Positions 49,491 to 63,260 are shown, counted from the first letter of the stretch. The stretch is DNA of 64,000 nt from Anthoceros angustus (GCA_010909165.1 MU008162.1:1178001-1242000); one strand, 5' to 3'. Notes: a model not told the origin generated them from the letters alone. Program-made: numbers and translations.

Positions 49491-52400
49491 CCTGCCACTG
49501 GAAACTTGCAGAATGATGATCTCTATCATCCTAACATGGATGACACTTAGTACCTTGCTCTCCTGTCATCTGCTTCAACCAAACCAAGAAAGTCTTACCT
49601 ATGGCATGCAAGACTCGCCCATATGGGTGTATAGCGAATGAAGAAGATGTTGTCTACAGGCGCAGCTAGAGGCATTTCACTTACCAGCGCGGAGGCGTTT
49701 GGATTTTGTGAGGCCTGCTCACTCGGGATGAGCCACCGCGCTCCATTTCCCAAGTCTACAACCATATCCACAAAACGACTAGAATTAGTCCACACTGATA
49801 TTTGTGGACCATTCAAGAAATCAACTCATGGCTACTTACATTTCATGCTGATCATAGACGATATGAGTCGCTTCACAATACTCTACCTATTGAAGCAGAA
49901 GTCACAGGCTCTAGCCTGTTTTCAAGAGTACACAGCCTGGGCTGAGAAGCAGACTGGAGAAACACTCATGACCATACGCTCATATGAAGGAGAAGAATAG
50001 AACTCCCATGATTTTCTGCAGTTCTGCAAGTTATACGGCATTAGCAAACAGGTTACCACCCCCCATACATCTCAACAGAATGGGGTATGTGAACGGATGA
50101 ACCGAACAGTTCAGGACTCGGCTGGCAATCTTGTCCTTGTAACCATCCTCGCCGGAAGCTATGTCTCACGCAGTTTACCTGATCAATAGGTCCTGACGAC
50201 TGCTCTCCCACAACAAACCCCTTACGAAGCCTGGACATGCCACAAACCCGAGCTCTCCAATCTCAGGGTCTTCGGCTCTCCGGTGTATGCTCATGTGCCT
50301 AAAGCCACAAGAACTAAGCTCGAGGACCATGCTCGCATATACATCTTCATCAAATTTATCAACGGCATCAAAGGCTTTAAGATCATGCACCCGCACACTT
50401 ACCAGATGATTTATTCACGGGATGTGACCTTCTTAGAGCACATGCAAGGCTCAATGCCAATGGGAGCCCCACACCAGAGTTGGACGCTAGCGAAGGCGAC
50501 GTCCTCATGGGTGCACCTTCACCTGCACCTCCTACAACAGCAGGCTCAGCAGAATCGGCAGACCTCAGTCGACCTCTCGGATGAAGTCATAGTTTTCGGT
50601 GTCTTTAATGAGGCGGAGCTTGCCTCTTCACCGTCTATGCAGCCCATGGCCTCCCGTACACCTCGTCACCCACAGTGTGCAGGCGGAGATGCCAACGGCT
50701 CATATGACTCTCACAATGATGGCTCTTCATGCATAGACGTGCCACGAGGCACACCACGCAAGCTTCCCTAGGTCGCGATGCTCAGCCCTAGCGCGCTCCA
50801 GCCTTATCCTCATCATCGCCCGCCAACTCTAACTCTAGACGCGGTCTTCAACCTACCGGGGCGGCGGAGGTGGACGCACCTTTTCGCTCTCCAGGCAGAG
50901 TCTCTCCAGAGTTAGGCACAGGCGCCGTTTCTCAGGGCCACAAGTCACTTATCCAAGGCGCTCATGATGACCATATGGGCGCACATGGCCATCAACGGGA
51001 TACCAGGTTTGGTAGGCATACACACCGAACAAATGCAGGTACTATACGAAGGTATTCCCGTCTAATTGACGGGACCCCAAATGCATTTAGCATATTGTTT
51101 ATCTGCTGCCATTGATCAATTTGTACCTGCCACTTATCCTGGAGCTATTACTTGCTCCGAAAGGGAAAATTGGAAAATTGCTATTAAATTAGAATTAGAT
51201 TCACTCAAGGCTCACAAAACTTGGACTCTTACTACTTTACCACCAAATAGAAAGTTAGTAGGATCCAAGTGGACATTTAAAATCAAGCTCAATGCAGACG
51301 GCAGCATAGAAAGGTGTAAGGCTAAGTTAGTGGCGAAGGGATATTCACAACTACACGGCTTCGAGTACGACAAAACCTGATTACATCCTTAAGAACCCGT
51401 TTAGTATTAACTTCTCATCATGATTATGAATTAATGCAGTTAGATATAAAAACTGCTTTCTTATATGGAGACCTTGACCATGATATCTATATGGAGATAC
51501 GTGAGGGCATACATATAAGAAATAAGGCAAAATATAAAGCTTGCAAATTACTAAAAGTATTATATGGATTCAAGCAAAGTGCTATGAAGTGGAACTCTAA
51601 ACTAGATATTAGCCTCAAGTCCTTAGGCTTTACCAGGTTAGACTCAGATAGTAACATCTAGATACGTTAGAATATCTATCAATCATTTTATCGTTCTATG
51701 AGTCTACCTTGACGATATTGTCCTTATATCTAACTCTAAGGACATACTAGAAGAAACTAGATTAATGCTTTCAAATGAGTTCGCTATGACCATATGGAGG
51801 GATCTTTCCTATTGCCTCGGAATTCAAGTGCTTAAGCATAGAAATGTTAGGAGTACATTCATTCATCAATCAAAATATATTCAAGAGATTCTTACCAAAT
51901 ACAAGATATTGGAAGCCAAACCTATATCCACACCAATGGAAGCGAACCTTAAACTCAGTACAGCTGATGAGCAGCGAGGTCAACATTTAGACACCAATGA
52001 GTTTCCCTATTCTTCAGCCATAGGAAGCCTTATGTATCTCATGGTCTGCACAAGACCTGACTTGGCCTATTTAGTGGGAGTTCTATCATAATTGCTAGCA
52101 AATCCCACACAACACCATTGGAAAGCCGTTAAGCGTGTATTTAGATATCTTAGGGCCACTTCAGATATGAGACTTTTATATCAATTACACATCAAGCATA
52201 ATGAGCTTTTCCAGCTTCTCGGTTTCAGCGATGCCGATTGGGCCGGAAACTCCAACAACAGGAAAAGCACTAGTAGTTATGTCTAGCTGCTTGGAGGGAT
52301 AGCTACTAGCTGCATGGAGCAGCAAGAGACAACAGATTGTGGCTCTCAGCTCGATAGAAGCAAAATATTGTTCCGTAACTCACGGTTGCAAGGAAGGTGT

Positions 52401-52925
52401 TTGGCAACTGCTCGAATTATCAGAACTTAGGGAGCAGCAACAAATACCTAGACCTCTTTATAGCGACAATCAGGCAGCAATCGCATTCACCTATAACCCA
52501 AAATTCCACGCACGTACAAAGCACGTGGAAGTTCTATTTCATTTTATCAGACAGGTAGTTGAGGATGGGAAGTTTGAAGTCTTTTACCTCTAAACAGAGC
52601 AAATGATCGCCGACATGCTCACCAAGGCCCTTACCACAGCCAAGCATCAATAACATACAGCGACAATGGGATTGAGAAGATTATTCGAAGCTAATAATTA
52701 GCACTAGTGCCCGCTTATTAAGTGGTAGTGTTAGAGTAATAGTAAGCTACGCACTAGTTAGGGCACGCTTCAATAGAAGCTATCAAAAGACACTTAATGA
52801 ACAGTCACGCCCAAGAGACGTTTCACCAGCACTAGCTTAAGAACGATTCGCTTGCACGCACATTGTATTCTGTAATCTATCCAGCAATACGGCTTAATCA
52901 CCAATCAATTCCCAGATTGTTTTGA
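45317..52925 (+). mobile_element. Ty1/copia LTR retrotransposon (element D), decayed gag-pol about 46001-52680
   Basis: 197-bp LTRs at 45317-45513 and 52729-52925. PBS TGGTATCAGAGC at 45514. PPT-like AAGTGGTAG. TSD GGGCT/GGACT with one mismatch. Domains: CNYCKIPGH, LVHTDICGP, CKAKLVAKGY, QLDIKTAFL, FSDADWAG and KHVEV. Confidence 0.92.
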
Positions 52926-53661
52926 GGACTTGGTCAGGAAAGGATCACCTAGAACGTGGAAAGTAATCTGTTCACCTAGAACGTAGAAACGACCAACCAT
53001 GAAGAGGATCCTTGGTTGTTGTGCGATCGTTGAGTGTGGAGATTGGAGTATACCTAGACGGAAAACATTTTGGTATTTGGGGTCAATTTTGTGGACGCCA
53101 ACATCGAGAGCAAACCAATCGAGTCGAGATTCTAGAATTGCAGGACCAAGCGAGGTGTTGTGACCTTGATGGGTGAGAACCTAGCCGTTTACAATAAGGG
53201 AGGGACGACTGTGGAATGTGCTACGATGAAGAAGTTTTCTCAGTCTTTGTCAGCGCACAAGCAATGCATAGCCTAGTTGGAGGTATCTCACGTAGGAAGT
53301 AGTTCTGCTAAACATGGGCTCAAGCTCAAACCACCCAAGATGTACTTTGGAGCTCGGGATCCGGGAGCCCTTGTTCAAATATGGATCTACAAAATGGGGA
53401 AGCACAAGAAGGAGTAGTTAAAGAGTGTTAAAAAGCATGCTTCATTTCTTGCATGCTTCAGACACTTGCATTTCTTGCACGCTTCAGACACGCTGTGAAG
53501 AGTCAGGCGCAATAGGCAGAGAAACCCCCCGGAGCGAAGGAGAAAGGAAAGATGAAAGTCGATTGCATCCCTACTAACACATGTTTGCTGGATTTTCAGT
53601 TGAACGTTTATAGTGGGCAATACGGGTGAAGCAATCTGCCGTGAGAGCATCTCCTGCTAAC

Positions 53662-53769
53662 TACCGGAGCTAAAGATGTTGCGTCTCCTCCCTACCACCC
53701 CCAAGATATCGTAGTCCGGAATAAAAAAGGGCCTACTTACCACTGGAGCTAAAGATGTTGCGTCTCCTA
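53662..53769. repeat. Direct repeat of about 28 bp x2
   Basis: GGAGCTAAAGATGTTGCGTCTCCT occurs twice. Confidence 0.8.
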
Positions 53770-54163
53770 AAATGAGTCAATGTGAGTCCGTTGTGAAAAT
53801 TGCGTGTATAAGATTTATAATTTTTAGAATTTATGCAGTTATTATAACATAAGCTATATGCTGTCATCGTTGAGCCGTTTCGTAACCCTCATTACAATCG
53901 CGGTCCTCGATCTTGGGCATTCCTAACAGTTCGCTGGCATGGTGACCTTGGAGTAGGCATAGAGATAAAAAGGAGAGAAAAGGGCGTAGTGTTTAGGGGG
54001 AAGAAATAATAATATTATAAGTGGAGGGAAGGCAGGGTGTGGTCCCTCGGAAAGCGTATGGGGATGGTATGGTTGGAGCTGGGGACTGGCACAGTCGTGT
54101 TGGGTAGCGGCAGACTGCCAGCAGGGGGCGGGGGAGGAAGGACGGGAGCGGGAGCTCGGGGCG

Positions 54164-55084
54164 ATGGCGCAGCAGCAGCACAATCACAATGCAGGCGGAG
54201 GCTGCTGCACCGTGTTTAGGGCCAAGGTGCTCATCGGCCTGCTGGCGCTCGCCTTCGGGCTGTACATCATCGGGCCCCCGCTGTACTGGCATGCGGTGGA
54301 GGAGGGCGCGGGCGCGGCCGGCAGCCATTCCGCCTCCTGCCCCATCTGCGACTGCGAGTGCGAGTGCGACTCCGAGAACCTGGCCGCCTTGGCGCTCGCA
54401 GGTATGTATGCTGCTGAGCAGCCCTACCGAGGCCCGATCTGGCCGGAAAGTGCCCGGATCTGACTTCTGTGCTGTGGTTTGATGGATCCAGGCCTGGGCA
54501 ACCTGACGCTGGGGGCCGCGGAGTGCGGCAGCGAGGACCAGGGCTGGCATTCCGACATGCAGGTCTCCAAGGAGGAGCTGCTGCGGGAGGAATTGCAGCT
54601 GCAGGAGGCGGTGGCCGCCGACACCAAGCAGCGCGCTGAGTCCGCGTACCTAGATGCCAAGAAGCTGGCGTCGCAGTACCAGAAGGAGGCGGAGAAATGC
54701 AACATCGGGATGGAGACGAGCGAGGAGGCCAGGGAGCGGGCCGAGGCTGCGTTGGAGGCGGAGAGGAAGAAATCCGCGCTGTGGCGGCAGCGGGCCAAGG
54801 AGCTGGGATGGAGTGAGAAGGTTGGGAGCGGGAGTGGAGTCAGGGTTGGGGCTAAGGCTGAGACGCAGGTGTCGGAGCCTGATGATCCCGCCGATATGCA
54901 GCTGAAGGTGATCCATCTGGATGAGATGAAGGAGGAGGTGCGTGATCCCGAGCTCAATGTGCAGGTCACGGGGGAGGTGAACCTCGGGAGCTCGTCCGGC
55001 GGTAGCAGCAGTGGCAGCAGCAGCACGTACAAGAAGAAAAAGTACGGGAAGAGGAAGAAACGCTCTTCCACCCCCTCCTTGTAG
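54164..55084 (+). CDS. DUF1068 family plant protein, 276 aa; exons 54164-54401 and 54492-55084
   Basis: TM segment VLIGLLALAFGLYIIGPPLYW, CPICDCEC motif, and LLREELQLQEA...EAKKLASQYQKEAEKCNIGMETSEEARE...LWRQRAKELGW. The GT-AG intron preserves the frame. Confidence 0.92.
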
Positions 55085-56089
55085 CGGTAGCTTGAGAGCA
55101 TGGCAGTAACAGCAGCAGCAGCACCATTCTTTGACTCAGGTGACTCCCAATAAGCAACTTGCAGAGTCCCGTGATTCACACCAGCTGGTAGTAGCTCAGT
55201 ATGAGTATCATAACCAGGAAGGAGCGTCGACGGCACTGCATTGCACTGGAAGAGGACTCGGTTTAGGGCAGCTGAAGATTTGAGGGTTAAGGGATCCTGA
55301 ATATAGAGGTCTGTGTCGGTCGGGTCTCAGATGGGAAGTGCTGAGAGGGAGAGGGGGGAAGGAATAGCAGGTGGAGCAGGGGCGTGTGCAAAGGGGTGGT
55401 GGAGATGCCAATTTGTCTTCACATCGCATCGAGCATATGCATCAAGCATGTAGATTTCTCGGACCTGGTCTGTGACACCATCCTTTATCGCCACCATCGT
55501 GCTCAGGCCACTGGCCATGTCGCACCCGGAAGGGTTGCAGCCCTGTTTCTTGTAGTGAGACCAGATTTGTCCTAATTAAAATTGCTCCGAAACTGCTTGG
55601 GAGCTATCAGTGCAGTGCAGCAGCTGCCGTCGGGTGGTTGGGATCTTCCTTCTCTTTTGGGCCTGCCAGTTCCTGCTCTTGAATCTCAGTGTCGGTGCAG
55701 GTGTCCCCATCTCTATGCCTTGCCGGACACAGTGCACCCTGAGCTGGACGCATCCTTGTCGAACGTGACTGGTGAGCCTTAACATGGAAAGTGCCATGAC
55801 GGGGAGTCAAATCGATGTCTGGAGCACCCATCTCTTTGGCTTTGTTTGCACTGTCTCCTCGTTTTATAATTTATCTCTATTTCACACGAGAAATCCATGG
55901 CCCTGATTTGACCTGCTTGTAATAGCATCTGGCTGCTATTTCTTTCAAAGTAGTGCGGCTCCCAGCTCTTCCTCGGATCTGAGTCCCTAGGGAACCCGAT
56001 CTTGCTGGACTAGCAGGAACCCCTGCCTGATCTTGCTGGTCGTTAGTAGGAACCGGTTTTTTTGTCATAGCAACCGGGTACCTCGTAGG

Positions 56090-56315
56090 TATGGACACAC
56101 ATTTATAAGAACGACCTAGGTAGGTATCCTCGGGGTAGACAATCGCGGGGCCTAGAGTCCAAATTGATTAGGCCACATGGACACACATTTATACCAAATT
56201 GCTTAGGTCACATGGACACACATTTGTAAGAACGCCGTTATTAAACGTCCTGCGCCTAGATGGGTACTTAGATGGGGTGCCTTCTCGCCTAGATGGGTAC
56301 TTAGATGGGGTGCCT
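56090..56315. repeat. Cluster of short direct repeats (ATGGACACACATTT x3; CGCCTAGATGGGTACTTAGATGGGGTGCCT x2), possibly TE subterminal repeats
   Basis: Directly visible. Confidence 0.75.
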
Positions 56316-57310
56316 AAAGGAGAAGGAGAAGTTACCCGCTTTCAGCTGCAGGTCAAGTGGCTTTCTTTCGTAGGGATAAATTGGTGGTGTTTGGCCCTCG
56401 TTCACGTAATTTCATTGACGCTGGTGATTGATTGAAGATTCTTTGTCTTGTTTGAATTTTGGACTTGGTACTTAAGAATTTGTACCATGGTGTATCTATG
56501 CTACTTGCACCAAGGGCATCCACTCCCTTTAGAAGAAGAAGAAGAAGAATTTTATTTAAGTCCACCAAGAACGGATTTCCGTCATGGGACTGAAATATGA
56601 TAATTACATAGATTACGGTAAAATAATCTGGACGAATGTACCATCCAAGTGGACCATAATATATTCTTCTTCTTCTTTCGCATAATATATTTTTCTTCTT
56701 CTTCCTCATAGGTTGTTCTCCGCCACCCCGGTGTTGAGGCTTTCTCCTAGGTAGGTATCTAAATCCTTTGGTTGTATCATCCATAGGCTTATTAACGGAC
56801 TGATGATACACCTACGTGGATTAATCAAACCAATTATGACTAATTTAATCTACCTCGGCATTCAGTTTGATATATAAAAATGTATATGATCATATTTAAA
56901 CATTGTAAACCCTAAACCCTATTTAATAAGTTAGTATAAAATCAAACAAATAAATATCTAAATGTTAAATTAGGTGCGTTAAATAACTCCATTAGAAACA
57001 TCCTCCTCCACATGTCCTGAACTTCTGCTTTGAAATAGTCATATGCACCCCTTCACGCTTGGCAATAAGAGTACGCAGAGCTTTGTGTTGTAAATAGGTG
57101 GCAGCATTGGACCAAACGCTGGCCACCAGCACTTTTTATCAGTATGTCATATCTTCCCAACCAAATTGAACTGCTGCTTGTGACTGAAGTCTGAAGGATG
57201 TATCACAGTGTACCATCAGTGATTGACGACCAGTCACTAATCCTAGCCGGGAACTTCTGGAGCCTCCACAGGACTCCACCTCCAGAGAGGAAGTTGAGTG
57301 CAAGTGTGCC

Positions 57311-58867
57311 CTACAGCAGGTTTAAAGACCTCAGCCGTTCTTCGTGCTCCGGATCGAGATGTGGCGGCACATAATTGCCATGCATATCTACAACAATGTA
57401 CTCCTGCTTGAGGACAGAGTTGCCCAAGGTCAGCATGCACTGGAGCAACCTACTGAAGAGTTTATAAGAAGGTGACGGGAAGCTCAAACCGACCTTTGTC
57501 AAAACCCTCTTGGTCAGAATATGGTAGTGCCGTTGCCAGATCCTCTGCACAGCCATTGTTGCTGCAAGAAGACCATAAGCAATGCCCAGGACGGCGAAAA
57601 TGACAACAAAAAACACCAAGAGAGCCCCACAGGCTTCCACTGAGGCAGGGAAACAGTCCAATACGTCCCAGCCATAGCAGCAGTGCCGGCAGCCTGGCAT
57701 GCAGGGGTCATTGTTGTTCACTACTGATGAGCAGTGTACGACCAGCCCTCCGACGCCTAGGATGACGAAGAAAATGAAGACACCTGCGTCACGAGGGGAT
57801 GGAGTAGGTGGCGGATGAGCACAAATCTTATCGTCCACCCATACAAACACCTTGCAGACCGAAGAGGGTCAGGATACAACTGTGTTGATACACATCACAA
57901 GTTATGTGCAGTGATGTGGCGGAGCCATGTAGATCACCACAACGCCAAGCAAAAGCCAGAGAAGGTGCGTACCAATGCAGTAGTAGAAGGGCACAGGGTG
58001 CTTCTGAAGCACTCCCTCAGAGAAGGAATCTCTGAATTCCCCATTGTAGTCCATCAAGTAAGCTGCTCCACCCAAGGCAGAAACAGTCTGGCCAACATTC
58101 ATGACCGTCAGGCAAATACCACCTCACCATGTTGCACCCTTGCGGCAACGGCAGTAAGGTACGAGTACTCACTGTTTGCACAGCCAGAAAGACAAGTAAC
58201 ACATCTCGAGCCACAAACAGCTTGAACTTAAGTTTCCGCCAGGAGTAGTCATCAGGAATCTCAGGCCGCAAGTGGAATTGCGCCTTGCACGTTGTGCAAT
58301 GGGAGAACGCAAAACCCTCCTACAAGTGAACCACGATATCAAAGCAGGTCCACTGCCACACCACACCTTCCACTAATGCTAATCCTGTCCTCCTAGCATT
58401 CGCAAGCACATCCACCATTTATATCCCCACCCAGCAGGTCACTACACCGCATGAAACCCAGACATCTTTTTGAATTCGCCACTCTCGAAAGTGGCAAAGA
58501 CTAAAACTGACCTTTACAGACCGCCAGTGATCAAGACACGATCGATGCACCAATTGCTGGGTACCCTTGCACATACAGGGAGCTATCAACTCGTCCCCTG
58601 CACAAGCATTCCTTCAGATTCAGTCTCCACTGACCCCACCAATTCCTCCGCTCCCGAGCCTTCCCCACCCCATGACGGGAACCTACCAAACACCGGTGAC
58701 TCTGTCTCAAGGCAAATCCTGCAGCACGCACCACCTCCTTTCTCCTCTCCAACGCACAAATCAACCGCCACCGTGGCCGGCGGCTGCAGCAGAGGCAAGG
58801 TGTCGGGGTCTGCAGACCCGTCTTCCCTCAAAGATTGAATCTCAGTGTCTCCCAGCTTCTCCTTCAT
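57311..58867 (-). CDS. RING-CH (RINGv, C4HC3) membrane E3 ubiquitin ligase, 303 aa; exons 58867-58687, 58597-58512, 58319-58173, 58087-57973, 57783-57494, 57403-57311
   Basis: CRICLE...DELIAPCMCKGTQQLVHRSCLDHWRSVKEGFAFSHCTTCKAQF, TM helices, and QRIWQRHYHILTKRVLTKEYIVVD. The GT-AG phases are consistent. Confidence 0.93.
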
Positions 58868-59539
58868 CTTCCCCAGCCAAGCCCTCCAAGAGCCCGCACC
58901 AAAATGACAGAACCCGAGTGCCTGAATTACGCACAACAGCACTGGCAACAACCCGAAGCCCAGCCGCTCAGCGCATCTTGTCCTACCACGAAATTCCCAA
59001 TGCGCATCCCCAGACCATCCAAATGGTGGTGTCAGCAGGTTGGAGCCGTAGCAAGGATCGGCTTCCACTAAGAAGATGCACCCTGCTTTCCTGGAAGCAG
59101 CAAGCAGCTCCCTGACTGGTTACAGTCAAGAAGTCTGTCTTGCTAGTGGCCGAGAAATTAGTGACGCCATGGCGGGCTCCGGTCAGGAGTCAGGGGAGAG
59201 AAAACCGTGCAGTGAGATGAGATGGAATCAGCCGAGCACGACGATGTGGGACGACAACCACGGGACTGCCGTTCTCCCGTCTTTCAATGTTTTCCGTGGC
59301 CCCCTATTTCTTCGCCTCTTGCCGATGTGTCTTCTTGGATCACCCTAAGCTGCTTTTATCTGCAGTTCTTCACGACCCAATTGTTGTGAGCAGTTGAGCA
59401 GGAGTACTGTCTTTGTCTTGGACAATTGCTTTTCTTGTCGGCAGAAATCTGAACCTTCCTTTCTGCTCAGGAGTGGGTCTGGGAGATTCATTTTTGGAAT
59501 GACGTGGAACTGGGGTTTGGATGTGGTGGGAGCGGGAGT

Positions 59540-62500
59540 TTAAGGAGATTCTGTCATATCTTGAGCTAATGTCCAGTGGAAGACCTGCACAGAGTGAGAT
59601 TGGAGCTTGGCCTTGATGGCCTCGGCTGCATCCTGGTCTTTGGCCATGAGAAAGCCAAATCCTCCTCCACCTGCTCCAGCCAGCTTGTAGCCGCAGGTCA
59701 GATGCTCAATGTCTCGGAAGAGCTTGTCGACTCCAGGGTTGCTGCAAAAGGGGTCCAACTCCTGGTTTAGTTTCCAGGTCTGTGACATGACCTCGCCGAG
59801 CTTGTCAAGGTTACCGAGATGAAGATACGCTTGTCCTTGCTGCGCAAGGCCTGTTAGCCTTTGGATGGACCTTATCAGGACAGCATCTCGCTGCAGGTAG
59901 CGGCGAACAACTTTCTCCAGCACAGTTACTGCTTGCCTCACCTGCGAGAGAGCTTCAGGATGTGGGGAACCGGGTTGTACGAGATGCATATCTGGGTAAG
60001 AGGGGAAGGAGGGAAGCCTCACCTGACCAGTGAAGACTACTACCATCCGTTGTTCCAGTTCTGCAAGGACACTGGAGGGCAGAGAAATTTCTTCAACGTT
60101 TAGCTGGAGTTGTGTCTGGCCTGGGATGCCAGTGGTGCACTTGATGCCAGGGTAGAGGCCTCCGACTTGATCTTGCCAGCCACCACCTGAGCCCATTACC
60201 TGTTCCAATACTAGTACAAGGCGTGCAATCTGGGCTTTGCTCTGCCAGTCATCTCCACCCCTTAGCCTGAGAAGACTCTTCACCACTGCAGCAGCCAGAA
60301 TGCTTGATGTACCCAACCCACTGCCTCTCGGAACATTTGACCAGGTCTGGATTTCGAGACCAACCCCGTCAGAGAGTAGTATCTTGGACCTTCCACCTGC
60401 ACCTTACAGAGCAACAGATGAGGGCCAGGTACGAACAGTCACATGTCTATAATCTGTGCAAAAGAAAGGCTGCACATGAGACCTGCAAATCCAGTCACGA
60501 CAAGGGCAGCCTTCACCAGTCGAAATGGGTCGTCCGACTGCAGTGGCATTGTGATGTCGTCAAACTTCTTGATTACTGCCTTGTTGCCTGCATCATCAGA
60601 CAGGCAGATTCCTGGCACCAGGGTTGCAGACACCTTTGCCCCAACGGGAGCAGCTCCGTCCAACAGCACTGCCATATTCAAGACCCTGCCCCCTCTTTCC
60701 AGACTCCAAGGTGGAGTGTCACTCCACCCGCCAGAGATATCCAACCGCACAGGCAGAACCGTAGTGATAGGGGCACTAAAAGCCAAGTGATCCAAATTGG
60801 ACATGGAAGCTGGCTCGTCTGCCATCTCCAAGAGATGTGCTCAGAAATCGGATCCTGTAATGCAAGTGGAAATCAAAACAAGAGGCAAGACTCACCTGTT
60901 CGATTCATGCGTACAACAGCTTCTGTTTCTGCACTGATTGCCCTCAGACCCTGTGCTTCAAGTGTCACAGCACGGTCTTCCTCACCAGATGCCCTTGCAA
61001 GGTCTGCTTGCACCTGATAGAGTCTACTTGGTGGAACCCCGAGGGCTTGTTCCTTGCCCCCTGTGTTCACTGAGGAGCAGGCATTTAACAACTCTTTGCA
61101 GATGGCAATTCCAGACTCTCCTTCAAGGATCCGCCGAGAGAGTTTGGAGAAATCTCGTGTCATTGCACCATCAGCAATGTTTGCTTTAGCAAGAGTTGAT
61201 GCAAGTTTGGCATGAACTGTTACCGTCTCAGTGTAGAGTCTGACAAAATCAGTTTCACCATGGAGGTCTGCAAGACTCAAGCGGATACACTTCCGCCAAT
61301 CTTGAGCTATTTTAGACGATGGTTCTATGGCACCCAACAGCCACAATGAGAAAGACAGTCTGTCATCTGGGGGCCCAAGGGGGAAAAGATGTGCATTCCA
61401 TAGATTCTTGCACTTGCTGTTGGATTCTTGGCCCCACAAGTCCTCCTCCTGAATACCCATCTTGGGCAGGAAGGTATCCCATGCTTCACCCAGAAACGTA
61501 CTTCCAGGGCCACCATATGGTGCTTTGGGGTTATCTCGAGTACCACAACAAAGAGTTATCCTGTTGTACGAGGCATTCCTTAGTGGCACTTCCCACAAGC
61601 AAGAGTCATCAGGAACAGCAACCATTCCAGGCTTCTGGCTCGAGGTTTGACATTCTGTGATGTGCATTCCCATGACAAGAGAGCGACTCCCAATATGCAC
61701 GCACTTTCCCAATGAACAGTGGTAGATTACGCTCTGTTTACCCACAGAAGTACCTTCTGAAATTTCAGAAGCTATGATGACTGCTGATGCAGCCACCTCA
61801 CAGGATGAAAGCGGATATGGCATTACGCTGAAGTGCTGATGCAGAACTCGCCCGGACTGGTCCTGACTCAGGTGATCCAGAACTTCAGTTGAGGTCCCGA
61901 AATGAAGAAAGATCAGGTCACCTGAATTGCACGTCCAACTGAAGAGAATCACCTTACAAGACGGAAATGCAATAACACCGCAAAGGAGGGCAGAGGTGAT
62001 GAATCGCGTCTGATCGCAAAATAGGAAAGCCCGACACTTACGAGCACAGTAATGGTATAATCGGTTTGATCCAAGGGCCTCAATCAGCTGCTTGCCCAGA
62101 GGTCGAGACAGCAGCCACTGATGCCGAGCAAGCACCCATGCTCCAGCCATTTCCTCATACAGGCTCAGCTATGACCAAAAAGGAGGACGAGGAAACGAAA
62201 TCAACATGGGTCCATGAAGGAAAACACTGGACCGAAGAGGTGAGAAGGAACACACTTGCTGCCCACTGTCCAAGAGGCTGGAAACAGGATCCGGCTCCAG
62301 AAGGGCAAGGCCAATCAAGGCAGTGCATGCTTCTCCACGCACAGCAAACATGCCGGTGTCAAGCAAAACTTCCCCAGAAGGCCCAATGGCTCCTTTCCTT
62401 GCCATCTCATCCAGACTTGGCTTCTGCAAAAGATCCTCTACCAGAACAGGCTCCTGGCTGGAGAAAAGCTTAGACAAAATGACCCCATGTTGTGAAGCCA

Positions 62501-63260
62501 AATCAGGAGTAGCAGGGACTGTGACAACGCACACTCCATTCTCAGGCAGGGTCATAGCTGTGGCTCTAAAGCAGGGCAGAACATCGCCAGTCATAATGAA
62601 AACGCCGCCTGCAAGGACAATACCCAGCTTGCATGTCACAAAATTGAACTGCAAGCAAGATCAGCCCATCAAGGAAGCATTCACTAACTCACTCACCTGC
62701 ATCTCCAAATGCAGGGACTACATGAAGAGAAATTGCAAAAATGTGGTCAAAGAGGGTTGGAGATGGGCCATCCGGATCTGCCTGGGCCGGGAAAGGAAGG
62801 AATGCTTTTCCTATAGCATTGGCCCAGGGGACTCTCTGAGAATCCCCGCCAGTGTGGAGTAGCAACACTCGCAATTCAGAAATTGGTCTACCCTTCCAGG
62901 TTTCTCCCTACATGGCACAGAGGTGAGGATCAGCAACATCGTTGATGAATCCTGTGCAATAACGTGCAAATTCAGTGAAGTCACCGCAACCGTGGAGTCG
63001 AGCTTGTTGGAGAGAGCACGAAGAGCACAAAGAGTGGCGGCCCCGGACCCTACACGTCGGCCTTGGGGATCCGACACTGCCATGGCTAGCGTAGTGGCAG
63101 GCAGCGTGCCCTGGGACTTTGCTCGCTCCAGATGCAGCTGGAAGAGCTCCTCCTGTCGAGGGCTGGCAGCAGTGAGCAGGATGGCATCCCATGTGGGCAC
63201 TCTCTCGGGGCAGCGCAGGGACAGACGCAGTGTGAACCAGGCGTCGTCCAAGATATCCAT
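59540..63260 (-). CDS. FKGP: Bifunctional L-fucokinase / fucose-1-phosphate guanylyltransferase, about 1041 aa; exons 63260-62985, 62907-62697, 62608-62256, 62168-62042, 61921-60896, 60839-60483, 60396-60023, 59941-59540
   Basis: WDAILLTAASPRQEELF, DPQGRRVGSGAAT, LLLHTGGDSQRVPWANAIGK, LPVRLDISGGWSDTPPWSLE, GHMP-kinase PRGSGLGTSS, GGGWQDQVGG and GYKLAGAGGGGF. Confidence 0.95.

Larger units (their letters stand above)
44707..53400 (+). mobile_element. Decayed Ty3/gypsy host element interrupted by copia D: PBS-like TGGCATCAGAGC at about 44708 and gag remnant about 53310-53400
   Basis: The gag-like peptide LKLKPPKMYFGARDPGALVQIWI resembles the gypsy gag KPxxF.GARD..L motif. That both pieces belong to one element is an inference. 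Confidence 0.45.

Noticed and set aside
45317-52925. Tandem two-element, three-LTR retrotransposon
   Set aside because: The middle LTR belongs to a duplicated block that also includes upstream flank and carries an error pattern typical of an assembly artefact.
56353-56811. AT-rich ORF as an organellar (NUPT/NUMT) or viral gene
   Set aside because: No plastid, mitochondrial or Rep motif that I can recognise; kept only as an unexplained island.
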